Shown here one piece after another: positions 1 to 13,300 of a DNA stretch of 62,156 nucleotides. The notes beneath the pieces are model-generated. The model did not search any database. It was not told the DNA's origin and worked only from the letters and a program-made list of their open reading frames with translations. A program made the translations under genes and the position numbers. Source of the DNA: Calcarisporiella thermophila CBS 279.70. Taxonomy: Eukaryota; Fungi; Calcarisporiellomycota. Every line of letters starts with the position of its first letter. The first letter of the stretch is position 1. Location: the NCBI RefSeq assembly GCF_041956535.1, contig NW_027192216.1, positions 393,073-455,228 of the forward strand, written 5' to 3'.

Positions 1-176
1 GCGCCCTTTTGATCGGCGGGTCAAATAACTGGCGTTGCTGATGGTTGATTCCCCGTTGGAGGGCTCGAGAGTAATTCATTTTTTTTTTTTTTTAAATTAG
101 CCAATCACATCGATCTAAAATATTAATATGATAGTATATATTGAACTGAGAGTGATAAATTTCAACGAATAGGATT

Positions 177-258
177 GTCGCTTTGGCGGAGTGGTTAACG
201 CGGTGCCCTGCTAAGGCATTGTCCTTTGGACGCGCAGGTTCGAATCCTGCAGGCGACG
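177..258 (+). tRNA. tRNA-Ser(GCT), intronless, long variable arm
   Basis: Acceptor stem GTCGCTT/AGGCGAC, A-box TGGCGGAGTGG, anticodon arm GTGCC-CTGCTAA-GGCAT, variable arm GTCC-TTT-GGAC, T-loop GGTTCGAATCC, discriminator G. Confidence 0.97.
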
Positions 259-259
259 A

Positions 260-267
260 TTTTTTTT
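260..267 (+). terminator. Pol III terminator (T8 run)
   Basis: Oligo-T run starting 1 nt after the tRNA discriminator. Confidence 0.8.
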
Positions 268-319
268 CACTTCATCGAACCCTTTTCTATAAACATGAAT
301 TCATCTAATGAAAGGACAC

Positions 320-369
320 AAAAAAGACTCTCTGCCATATAGACACTATATCGGCAGAGTGTCTTTTTT
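320..369. repeat. Near-perfect inverted repeat (hairpin, about 22 bp stem)
   Basis: AAAAAAGACTCTCTGCCATATAG (320-342), loop ACA, CTATATCGGCAGAGTGTCTTTTTT (346-369); one mismatch and one bulge. Confidence 0.85.
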
Positions 370-441
370 TGACACATTCTATTGTTATTTCTAGCATCAC
401 TATTTATTTATTGATTATTTACAAAAGCAAACCTCCAGAGG

Positions 442-3400
442 CTATAACCTTTTCAACCACTCATTGACAGCATTTTCTTTTAAAGCCTCGCGCCCATCCA
501 TCAATGCTCTCCACACACACTGCACCAGAAAATCAATAAGCACATGTACTTTCAGCGTTTGCATTAGAATCCCGGCACTTATCAGTTGCATGGGAAGAAA
601 CTGTGCCTATTGAGATGGACCCTAAGTTAGTTGTCAGTCTTATGGCATAAAGGGTTGAATTGCTCCTACTTTTACTAGATTCTCAATTGTAAAAGTGACA
701 AGCGCTAGCTCCGCGAGGTTAGACTTTGCTTCTTTTTCTGGGGGGATATTTTTCCAACAATGGATGGAAACGGCAAGTAGGCTTTGAAGACATCCAGCAT
801 AAGCTGAACAATACCAATTTGGAATACTTTTCAATACGGGATATAGTATGGTTAAAAAAGCGTGCGGTTACCTTGTGGTTTCATCCCAACGACTGTCCAG
901 ATAAAGGGTCGATCCTTGAACGCTTTGTGTCGATAAAAATGCCTAGTAAATAAAACGAGTTCCAATTCGATTATTTCCTCTGATTTATAGGTGCAGCACA
1001 AGTTAATAGAAAAATAACATTTCACTTGTGGGGCCAAGGAGGTTCAATGGGTCTAGATCTTGCACCACTACATTCAAAGTACCGCCTAAGTGCTGCTGGG
1101 TAAGCTCAATTAGATAATTAATCACTGGCACATTTTCGAAGTAAAAGTGAGAATAATATTGGGTTAGAAGATATGGGAGATATGGAGGTCAAATTCTTGT
1201 AATTTTACTTTCAGCATCGCTTTGTTGAATCAAATCTGCAATATCCCTGATATTCTGAGCGTACTTCTCGTCTTCTATCGAAAAATGTCTTGTAATGTAA
1301 AGAATAAAAAGATAAATAACTCAGATTGTTTAATTGAAATCAGTGAGCAAATCTGCCAAATAGCCTACTCTGCCAATAGATTTCGCATTCCTCCCTCAAA
1401 ATAAAATGGGGCTGGCCGAATCTCGCCCATCTCCTTTTTCTCCTCTTCCCACACCATGCCCCGGTTTCGATTCTGTTCAAACAGTGAGACGGAAATAGTC
1501 GGTCGAGCTATTTTCAAGAAACGCTTGCGCAACACCCAATTTGATTCAAGATAGCCAGCGGCCAATTTCTCATGTAAGATGCGAACAAATGGCTTGGCTA
1601 GGGGTTTATAATGATAGATTGGTTTGACTACCCAAAGCAAAAAAAAAATATTAATTAATCAGTCAACGATTCCTTCAGCCATTCCGATATATGCAAAAAA
1701 GGGCTACCAATCTCTTTCGATAGTCTCACAAGTTCTTTCAGCACCTCCTCATCCATATTGTTCCAACGATCATTCACAGTGCGAAAGAAATTAGATAAAA
1801 CGGAGTCGACGAGATCAAGATCGGCAAGTGGGCTCCGCGGCACTTTGATGCGCGTAAGACGAAGTGCTTGAAGTCGTAGAAGCGGATCATTGCCAGGGAC
1901 GTTTAAAGAAAGAAGTTTCGTGCTATAGTCTGGCAGTGTTTCTGATAAAATATCGCAAAGTGGGCTAGTGGCACTAGCCAAGGTCACGAGATTCTGAAGT
2001 ATTCGACAGTTCTTCGCCAAATCGGACATTTCTGAATCCAATTCATCAAGGGCTTTGGTTAGCGAGTCTCTGAAGAAAAATTAGGACACCGTCAAATTTA
2101 AATCTCAATTATTGATGGAGAAAAAGAGTGCTGATAATATGTACCGAAAGGTGTTTGGCCACAATGAATCAAATGTCTCCTGTAATAATTCCATTGTTTT
2201 GCACACTGCCTCTTTTTCCGAATCACCACTCTCAAGCCCCACAAGGAGTCCCTTCAAAATATCTTCCGACTCCTTCTTTCCTAACTTCACCCCACAAAAT
2301 GAAAGATATAACGAATTATCAACAAGCGAGGATGAATTGCTTTCATAGCGAGAGAGGACTTGTGAGAAAATATTGGTGTCGGATGTAGAAAAGGGTAAAG
2401 TAAATCTGTCGTTGAGTTTGCGATAAAGTTCCACAGAAGCAGTATCGAGCTGGTGAAGTAAGAAGGGGGACTTTCTTTGGGTTAGAGGCAGCTTTAGCTG
2501 AGAAACTAGTGCATCGGCCTGGAGCTATCAATAAAAACGTCATGAAGTCAGATATTCGACGAAGGGCATAATTGCAGGGTATCAATTACTCTTCGTATGA
2601 TTAATTCAAGTAAATGGCTTGCTGCCAGTGCAAGACTTTCACCATGAGAACTGGGGATCGCACGTAAGTGACTGGATACGCCATGCAGAAGTGATAAAAT
2701 ATCTATTAAGTGATACAAAATAAATTTGAACGTATTTGGGTTGCCAATGAGTTGTTCCATCCAATTTATGAAGCGATGGCAGGCGGGCTCAATTGGATTG
2801 CTTAAACGATAGATATTTTGAGCCATTATGTAACCTTAGAAATTAAGTGGCAATCATACCTGGCATCCAGCCTCCACATTGAAAAGCCCCTCATAGACTC
2901 TGCCACGCAAACCATTTCGAGTTTTGGTTTCAGTGTCATTACGAGTTCATCCCAACAAGCTAAATGAACATATCAATTAAAACGGGTTGAATGTAGCTCG
3001 ACAACACGAGTGCATACCCTCATACATAACTGGGTAATTTATAGCTATCCCCAGCATCGTAGGCATAATGAATCTTCGTCGGTCTAAAGATTTCTATCTA
3101 TTAGATGAGATGGTAAATACAGCTGCTGCAAAGCACGTACCAGTAAAAGTGGGCTCCTCTCCCGTCACCTCCAAAACCGAGTTCATATATTCTTGTAAAT
3201 AATTAACCAGGCAAGTATTGGATATGGTATCCTTATCATTGCTAACAATGTGAGATATTAGGCGAGTCGCTATCATACTAGCTGATCGATTTTGAGCTTG
3301 AAGAATCTGCCTAAATACACATTACTTTTAATGTGTTTTCGGGAAATAATCCAGCAAGAAAAGAAAAAGTTACCTTTGGTTGCCAAAAAAGGGAGTCCCG

Positions 3401-4221
3401 AAAATTATAGTGTCTCGAATTATGTATTCGTACAGACCAGGAAGCATCGCTTGGGGTAAGTCCATGGTCACTTGGGATAGAAGCCATTCAAGTCCTCCAC
3501 GTTTGGCGGGGCTTTCATTCGACTGTACTATTGCAGGTAATATGATCTTTTGACTACGTTAAGATATAATAAACATAAGCCCGCATTTCTACTTGATGTT
3601 TACGTCTAAGAAGCAATCATAAATTGTTGTTTCTAAATCCTTATCGGCTCTAGTAGCAAAAATAACTTTTCAGTTTAATCCAAACCTATCCATTCTACTT
3701 CGACTACTCACTTCTTGGGACTATTCTGGAGGATATGCCTGACGAGACGTTGGATAGCTCCTAAATAGGGAAACTTAATATCCTTTCCACTTTCCGCCGT
3801 TAGGGAACCTGCTATAAAGGATTCATAGATCTGGTAAGCAGTCCAGAAAGCTGACAACTATGTTTTTCATATTTGCGTCTATTTTACCTGGTAGTTCTTG
3901 TGCGAATTGTCCAGTAATTCGACATGCCCACTTTAGAGAACAAAAAATTTGATTCAAGGGTTAGTGGAATATTAAGAAAACGCGACTTACCTGCAAAATC
4001 TGTTGCTTTTTCTTGAATTCTAGCTTCGTCGTTATAAAATTCAAGCTTTTTATACATTTGGATATGTTGTATTGCTGTTTGCGCTCTATTGTGGGCTTGT
4101 CGAAATATTCCATGATTTGTGAACTGAGTTTCGAAAGAGTTGGTTCAAGAGAATCGGGCGATTGCCTAATTTTCCGAATGGCTGCCAATACTTCTTTCGA
4201 TTCATATTTCTGAACCTCCAT
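442..4221 (-). CDS. Large multi-exon alpha-helical protein, probable Integrator complex subunit 5 homologue
   Basis: ORF-track fragments at 3961-4260, 3094-3276, 2548-2826, 2105-2434, 1655-2041, 1365-1640 and 640-834 can be joined through GT-AG introns (not every junction traced). The last exon reads AQFLPMQ...NEWLKRL* (TAG 442-444). The segments QWACRITGQF and LEWLLSQVTMDLP match the spacing of INTS5 AWSIDLMGQL and FDWVVAHIGSSFP as I recall them. The gene is likely real; its identity and start codon are tentative. Confidence 0.5.
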
Positions 4222-4376
4222 TATCGCACATATTCTCGAAACAAGGAGAGCACACTGCAATAGTATCGCGTTATATAAAAATGCGCCACAATTTGCGGGG
4301 GAGTATCTTCAATTCAGTGTTATAGAAACGGTTCATAGGAAGCGGTTCCCATACCTTTCAAATCCACAAAAGACGC

Positions 4377-7300
4377 ATGACAAGGTTTGTTTTTATATCA
4401 ATCCTCTGCATTTTATTCCGATTCTATAACAATACCGTCTCGATTGCCTTCTGCTATATTTTATTTCAGTAGCAGCCTCGATTCTGAGGGAGGCAAGGCG
4501 ACTAGCCCCTCTTCAGTCACGGCGGATTCTCCGTTTCTACTTATAAATGGGAATAAGGATGAAGTAGTAGCATTCAGCTTTTATTTGATTAGTGTACGTA
4601 TCAAGTGATCTTACGGTAGCTGTCTTTTTCTTAGCCGCCCGAAGCTGTCTCTGCTATTATGTATATAAAAAACGCGAAATTGTTCACGAGGAACCAGCGC
4701 GAACAATGGTTATTTAAACGGCTGTTTCAGCCGGTTAGAATATGCGAATGTGAGGTAAAAGCGACGATGATGAAATCCATAATTGCTATTGTCATTTTGA
4801 ACCTTTTTTCTTCTGCTGCCGCATTTGTAGGATGTCGAAATCTTGGATATCTCGAAGGACGGCTTCCCTAAATTTCTCTCGAATCGCGAATCACAAAGGC
4901 TTAGTGAGAATCCGCAAGCTCACCCTGAAGATACGTGCACTCTGGCGCCGCAGACTATGGTATATACTTTGGCAGAAGGATACCGGATCGTATTCCTCAT
5001 AGATGTGAGCGCTTCTCTGGCAACGATAGATGTTACTTCAAACAGAGTAATATTGGATGACGTACTAAAGAGGTAGGGAGGCTATGTGGAATCAAAGTAT
5101 TATATTCACTCGGGACAACTCATGGATTGCTATATTGGAATATTTAGTCTGGAAAAGTGTTTAGAAGGGGTCACTGAGCCCATGAATATTTTCAGAGCAT
5201 GTGGAGGAAACCCAATCAAAGTAAGCTTTCCTATAGCTTATCAACATATCGACAAAGTTCAGTTTAAACTAAACCTGGGCATTTATTCTCTCTCCCCTTT
5301 TCATCACTCTATTCTTTAGCTTCTGCCGAAATTGTATATAACCGTAGTGGCAGAATGCTCGCAGTTCGGCTCCAATACAAACGTCATTGAACTTTTGTCC
5401 GATTTTTCTACTATGAGAGTACTCATCCAAGGAGCACAGGTTTCACTTGATAATCTTGAGGTTGTTAAGGAGCGGCTACGATCGGAATTCGATCAGTTCC
5501 TCAGTGATATCATTGATTTTCGGCAGAGACTAGCCGAGAAGCGCAAACGAATGGGCTACAAACTAGATGTGAATGACCCAAGTATAAGATTTCGGGACCC
5601 CGATAGTCCACCCATAGATACGGATGAGAGCGCAGTCGACTCATCTGTTGATTCTGCCAAGTCAACTGGTCGGAGGGAAAATTGGGGGATTGGTGTGAGC
5701 GGTGCCAATCTCTCCTACAATCTTCATGCGGGCCTATTTGCGCTCAAGCTCCTGCCACAAGAACTGTGGCCTGTACTAGTGCTTATTACCGACGGAGTTA
5801 AGCATTTGGGCACTGGTCCGCAAGAACAGCAAATTATACGTATCATAAAGCGACTCGATATTTCATGTAGCGTGATACAAGTGGGTGGCTCCCAAGGCTT
5901 CACACCAGCCTGCAACTTCGGATTCGTACCAGATAATGAAAACCTTCGCTTCCTGGCAGAAGCAACCTCTGGACAATTCGTGTACGCTGGCGACTGGAAC
6001 GCACCCATCTCTTCATTTGACAGCGTCTCCTCCGAGTATAAAGACCATACAGGGGCAACTGTGACAAACTTCTTTCATCGGGCATTTCTGATCCGACAGC
6101 ATAGCTTTTCACCGAAGCGGTCTAATATCCAGCTTTCCGCTACCTCGGGGAACACACTGGATAGGGCGGTGGATGTTCCACGCGAACGCATTAGACGCAT
6201 CAATGATATTGTGGAGGATATAGCACACAATCCATACAACTTTCCATGGGATCCGAAATCGAAACCCCCGCTGCTAGAAAAGGTATTAATTCAATATCGT
6301 GACTACGCCCTTGCGTTCGACATTGTGCATGTGATATCGGCCAGGATTCGACAGGGTTTCCATATCAGCTCGGTAAGCCTACCTCGCAATCGAAGCGGCA
6401 AACAGGGCCGCCTATACATAACCATGGTGCTCCAGTGGCTGCCGAATGTGTCGGTGCAATATAAAATCAAGCCTTTTTGGCCGGGAAAGGAGGTTGGATG
6501 TGACCAATTACGGCACGGCCGCATAGAGGTCATGGTGCTGGCCAGTGCGGTATTTGCGTATAATTTCGTTGAAAGCCATCACCGACATGACCCCGGCCAT
6601 CCGTTGTGGGATAAAATTAACCGGTTGCACAGCTTTCTCCGATGCATATGCGATACGGATGAAATGCTAAAGCGGTTAGTTGTCTTCAATCCCAAGCATC
6701 ACTCGAGCAAAGCAGCGTATCGTGAGGGGGAGATTGCACGGAATCTTAGTAATCGTTACTTGGATGCGATTAAGCGATTATGGGAGATGCACGATGCACA
6801 TGAGAACCGGGCGAGAATTCGGTGCTGGTTCGATGAGGGAAGGGTCGATGTATTGGTTTTAACTGATGGGATATCCAGTCTGATACAAGGGCAATCTCGA
6901 CATATTGATGATCAAGTGCGGCATGCTATGGGCACTCTATGCGAGAGCTTAGACAATAATTGGGCAGATCTTAAAGTGGCCAATGATGTGTTTGTCAAGG
7001 TTATTGGTAACCGCGAGCTTGAAAAGATCTCTTCAATAAGCTATTGTGAACTGCGACTCTACCGTGAAGCAGGCTGCCTGCTGGCAATGCGCCTTGCTTT
7101 CTTTAACGTCGGTCTGTCCGACCGGCGTAAAATTTTAGACGATCTGGAACTTATGGTATCCAATATGTCGGGTAAGCTTCTGACTGTGTGCGAGCGACCC
7201 CTTTCTCTTTTCCTGATCCGCCGCATGAACTCGTTCGAAACTCGAACCGAACAGGATTATGCAACCCGATCTGTGTATGCATCAGTGACTGAGAGATTGA

Positions 7301-10300
7301 CAAGCCAATTTATCGTGCGCAATTATTTACGCCACACCACCAGTGTTTGGCTCGATAATCTCCCAGACGATCCATACTGCGCAGAGCATGGTATCCTTCC
7401 AGTCCGCTTACTTGCCTTCCAGCTATTGTGTCGCCTTCGATTGGAGCAAAGCTTTGTTATTCTTGGGTCAGAACCACATCAAAAAGTGTTTTATCTTGAG
7501 CTTAAAAACACCATCGAAACTTCCTCTCGTTCCCCTGACCCATCCGTAGACGAGCAAATTGCACCCTCTTGTGGAGTGCAGTACATCATTACTCTCGATA
7601 AAGAAACAAATCAGGTGACGACGGAGCTGTGGGTGGAGCCAAACGAGGACCAAATGCTTCACAATCCGTATGAATGGATGTCTGAGAAAATATCCGCCAC
7701 CGATCGCAAAGCCATTTCCCACCTAATTACATTTTATGAGATACACCGTATCGGGCGCATCCGCCCTCGTCCTGCCGGCCTGGGACTACCTGACCTGCTT
7801 GATTCAGGGTTAATCTCGACTATGCCGAATTATTTCGAGATTGCTTACGTGTTGCGACTGAGTCGGTTCCTGGTTGCTTCGTATTCCATGCCCACGTTTA
7901 AGACCTCTTTATTAGCGTCGGGACGTGCAAACGAGGTCGACGACTGGATCACCGTGCAAACTGATCTGAGCAGCGAGACGTCTGCTAGACGTAGCTCTCT
8001 TGATGAATTTATCACCCAGCAAGATCTAATAAGTAAGTTGTCACGTGCCGACCGGGATTGTGTTTTGCTTCACCTGTTTTTGGGACAATCGCTGCGCAAT
8101 ATCACTGATGCAGAAATCCCGACCTCAAAGCAAGATGCCCACGATCCATTCTGGCGGGACATTACACGTGCAGTACAACAAGTCATGGGTATCTCCTCGG
8201 TAAGCGCTGGACTATTGCTCACTGAGAGTTTGCGCGACTGTCGCTGTTTCGTAAAAGTCGTGAACCCGCAATCCTTCATTCTACTCGTCGCTCCTACACT
8301 GCGTTCACTGACTTCAAATCTGGCGAGAACCACGGCAATTTCGTCCAATTTTATGGTTACTTGCCAGGTAAACAGATTTATGCTATTTGCGTTCGAATGT
8401 GTGCGGACCCAGTCGCCATTTCTCGATTCTCGCTACGATGCTGATCCTTGGGGGAAGGCGACCACAGATTACGGCGAAATCCACATAAAACCTCTCTCCG
8501 ACTCTACCGCAGACACTGAAACCAACAACTCGAGTCCAACCATGAGGCCTGATTTATTTGCAGGCCATTTCCAGACAACGCCTAGCAATATCGAGCTTAC
8601 CAGAGCGGCGTTCGACTTGAAGGAGCTATTCAGCAAGCATTATGCACGAGACTATGTTCGCTCCGTATATGCCTCATTGGTCCAGAAGCATATTGTGGAT
8701 CCGCAGGATTTGGCAAGGGCAGCCAGCATGTGCTCAGAGTCCTCAGTGGAGGTGGACATAACTGGGTTTGTAAACGTACAAACCCAATTGCGTAGCCAAG
8801 CAGGTCTTTCATTTGATACCAAAAGTATCCAAGAAAGCTTTTCCCAAGTCTTGAGCCACTATTTCCAGAAGGTAGAGGGCAGCGAAGGCTCCCAAAGCCT
8901 TTACTACTTTCGTCCCCAGTTCAAGAAAGGCATGTTGCGTATGGTTCCGGATGACGATCGCTCAAGCACGGGAGTCTCTGCGCAAGAATTGGACCGTGGT
9001 AGCGATGCACCCGATAGCCTATTGAACTTAATTGAAGGCGCGGAGGAGCCTTTCTTCCTCCGGCTGGAATGCGAGTTCCGCAAGCCAGCAAGCAACTCGG
9101 AAAAATATCCAGGTATCCTCCGAATGCCGGTGGCCGAATTACCAGTGTCATATACTGCTCATGTGAATGGAGACCAGCATGACTTTTCGCCCGAGAGCAT
9201 TGGGACGGAGGCATCGCCAGTAGAGTCGTCTGATGGGACTCAGGCCTTCTTCCATCTTATCTGCATATATCTTCCGCCGATGGATCAAGATGCTGCAACC
9301 ACCATCCAAGCATCCGGAAACCTGGAGGATACGCAACTACTAAAGGACGCATTGCTCGATGAGGACAAGCGCGAAGCACTTGCAGAGACCAAAACCAGGT
9401 TAGAATGGCTCCTCAAGGAAGAAATCATGCACGGCCTTCTTAAACTTCAGCCCGTCACCTCCACGGTCCTGTGCTATATTGAATCCCAGCTACGGATCAA
9501 AAATCCATATGTCGATTTTCCCACTTCCTTCCCGATACCCGTCCCGTTTGTGCGGAAGCATGCTGCAAAGCATATTTTCCTTCAAGAACTTGCTAAGGCG
9601 AACATTTCACCTTACACGATGAATCGAGTAGATGAGCACTTTTATGTAAGTGAGGACGTGATTGAATCGTCCCCCACTCAACCAGCCGAATGCGTTAAGG
9701 AGGACGTAAATCCGTCCGCCGATGTGCAGGAAGAGCGAGCCTCTCTATTTGAACACGAGTCACCGAAGGACGACGAGCTTTCACAAGGTCTCGGGATAAG
9801 TTTCCTTACTCCTCCGGAGATGGATCACATGCAGGCGGTTGCTTCACGGCCCCGCAACGTTGTTCAGAAACAAATGTTTTGGATGCTATTGATCCCACAC
9901 GAAAACAGTGTACAGATGTATTTCTTTTCGAAGTGCATTCTTGGCGCCGACCGTTCAAATATTATCCGTCACATGCGAAATGCGATACGAGATGTAGCCG
10001 TGCGAGTGAACCAACTAACCTTGCTTATCGAGATGAACGAGACCCGTAAATGCAGGTAACCTAGTCCTTTTTCCCTCTGAGGAATATGGATTTCATTCTA
10101 AGAAACATTACATTATCATCACCTCATAGCAAATATTTGGTGCCCCGCGATACGCCCTCAGGCTCTGATTCGGACACCACTTCTTCTGAATCTGAATCCT
10201 CGTCTGGCTCAGGTCCTGGATCGCCAGAAGAAGACTTGGTGGGCGTACTGTCACTATCACCCGAAGATCAGCAGTATTCTAAGCGCTTCAAACCGGGGCA

Positions 10301-13300
10301 GTTCGCGTGCCCACTCGTTTTTACCAAGCGATTTCCCCTGCATTGGCGCCTAAAGCCGTGCGAAGCCGTCAACTGTGCGGCCAATTTCCTGCAGCCACTT
10401 GCCGTGCGGAACCGCAAAAATCTGTTTGTGCATGGATCAGGGGAATCAACGGTTTATATGAGACTCTTTGAAATTGGTGTGCTCAGCCCAATGTCAGCCG
10501 CAGATGGGGTTGATGAGCTGGCGCCGAGCATGACCTCTTCACCGTTTTCTGCGCAATCTGCTATTAGCGAACCACCAAACCTTGTCAGCACTTCAATTGC
10601 CGGCCCGACGACGCAACAGCATGTTGAATCAAGCCGTGGCTCACCCCGCACACATAGTCCAAAGCAAGGCACGCCCTCGCCGGGAACTCGGTTTGTGTCC
10701 AGTGGCGCACAACAAATCAAGAGCGCGCCAGAATCTCGTGAACTCGTCCTGGAAGTTTATGGAATCGATCGTCCAAGTAAACAGATTGTCGAAGATCTGG
10801 TTAACACACTCGAGCAAAAGCTAATGAGCAGCGCCACCCTCATGGCAATATCCACCTTCCTTGCTCGAGGGGCTAGCCAGAAACTGACACCTGCAGTAAG
10901 CAAACCTATTTTACACTTCTTATGCTAAGCAAGCAGAGTAACTTTTACACCCTGTTAGGATGTGGACTTTATACTTCCAGTAGAGAAACCACCTGCATGC
11001 CAAAAGATTATTCCAATCCCGCGAATGCTGCGCGATATTCACGCCTATATTACCTATCTCAGACAAAAGCTTCTTACATATATGAAGCCGCTGAGCGGTC
11101 CGGATGTGGCGAACGCTGTCTTCCGGCATTATCTTTACCAAGGCCATAAGTCGCAGAACAAAAACTACCCGGTTAAAGAAGAGTAAGCTTTAGCAAAATA
11201 ATGCACAGGCTTTTTTTTTCACGTAATATTGACTTTTTTTGTGGATCACTAACCAGATTAGGGGAAACGTACGAGATACATCCGGGCGATTTCGCGTTCT
11301 ATTACAATTCGCTGGGAACTTGGAATCAATCAGCATTCGAGACAGAGGTTGGACGAGGTATTGCTGGAGTTTGCCTCACCATTCGTGATGTGAACGGACT
11401 TCCCGCGCTAACGCTCCCGGTGCAAGATCCCCTCTTTACCGAATATTCATACCTCGAGAACATTGGTCAGCACCTCTCCCAGTATCAGGATGATACGCAG
11501 AAACCTGGTACACTGTTCCAGGGTCTATCCGCCTATTCCCTTCTGATTGAGATTTGGGTGCAAGGACCTCTGAAGTATAACGTGCTCCTCACTAAGCTGG
11601 AACAAACTATCTACCATACCCTCTGTGATTACTCTGTGGAGTCGTGCATCATGACTGGATTGGTGCGCACCTTCGATCGCTCTCCTAACCTAGAGGCCGA
11701 AGAGGCCGCCCCGGTGCAGACAACTCCGGTGCTCGACACACGAATACAAAAACTCTTTGTGCAGCCTTGTTTTGCAGTTCTGGAAAAAGCTGCTGCCTGG
11801 GGAGACCCCACCGTGCAAGAACTCAACCTCTCTGTGAAACTTGCCCCATGGAGTGTCAAGGAGTTACTGGATGAGGTGTGCGAATTCCTCTCTGAACTGC
11901 ATGCCGTGTTCACACCTGTAGTCATGCGGGGTGAAGGGCAATTGGCGGCGCCTTTGTACGTTACGGAGAAACTTGAAGTGGAGCGACCGCATCAAACAAG
12001 CACCGGTGCTCCCACGGCTGGTGAGAGGCGTGGACAGGGTGCTGTTCGGCATATAGTGATTGGTGGGGTGAAAGAGCTAACCGTGGCTTACGGAGGCTGG
12101 CACCCCTCCCTCACCGGGCATCGTCGTAGTGTCGATGGCGACGACCACTCGTTCAAATCGCATTCTCGCAAGAGCTCGGTCGAGAATGGAACGAGTGACA
12201 AGGCAAGCCTTTCGCTTCTAAGAAAGGACGACTTGGCCAGCGAGAGAAGCAGTGGGGCTTACTTGCGAAAAGAGGTATTCTCCACCAACATTGCCAACCG
12301 CTTGCACGAGCTCACCATGCATAGTGGCATAACGGTGAACGACGGCTCGCGCCGTGACCTGGCTCGTAGCTGTTTTTGCTCTATTGTGCTGGATGGGTGG
12401 AATTTGCGCGCCTACACCTACAACATGAATAAGCGCTGTTCCGACGCGGTGTTTGCTTTCCTCACTCGCCTTCTCGATTGGCATACCAATCGTATCCGCC
12501 TGATGGACACCATCCTGCACCAGAAGATGGGACTCTTCTTCCACACAGAGCCCTTCGATCTAGAGAGATCCGCCACGGGGCCATTGCTAGCCTCTGGAGG
12601 CTCATCGACATCCGTTGCCGCCCAGCACGCTCACGTCACCTCCACGTCTACTCCTCGCCCCTCCAGCGGACGAACCCCACTTCGACCGTTGCAACCCCCT
12701 CCTCCACCCCTTCAGCTCCAGACACAGCAGCAGGCGCATCCACAGCAACTCCAAGATGTGAAGCTGCTCACTAGTTTGGTCATGGACTCAATCCCCCCTC
12801 GGCAGAGGGCCACTCTTCCCGTCGGAATCGTGTCGGAAGAGTCGAAAAAGGCGACAGCGCTTGGATCCGCCGTCGCTGGTGCCTCATCATCCTCCATCAA
12901 CATGCTCCCTTCCGATGCCGGCCAACCAACCGAGCAAGAGCCCGGGCTTTTCACGTTCAAAGGCGTCAAAGTGAACGATGTGCTCAAGATGACCATTGCA
13001 GACCCGGTGCGCGATTCTACCTATGCTCGCAATCGTGATCCGTTGCGGAGACACGGTCACACCTTTGTGGAGGCATATCGCAGGATCAACGTCACGGCCC
13101 AGGCTCACGAAAATGCGCTGCGGGTGTACACCAAGTGGCGGAAGCGATTTTCGGAATCCCCAGGCTCCACTCGAAGCGATGAATCCATCTCAAGTAGCGA
13201 TCTCGTGGTCATTCTCCGCTCGGCACGGCTCTTCCATTTCTGCCGGAAACCGCTCCTCTTCAGCCACCTCTCCATGCACAGCGGGAGAGACGTGAGCGGT

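Noticed and set aside
726-953. ORF with FSNNGW, reminiscent of pogo/Fot1 transposases
   Set aside because: Lies antisense to exons of the minus-strand gene; no DDE motifs or terminal inverted repeats.
2548-2550. In-frame TGA and other apparent premature stops (selenocysteine or pseudogene?)
   Set aside because: The stops fall inside GT-AG introns; no SECIS-like element was recognised.
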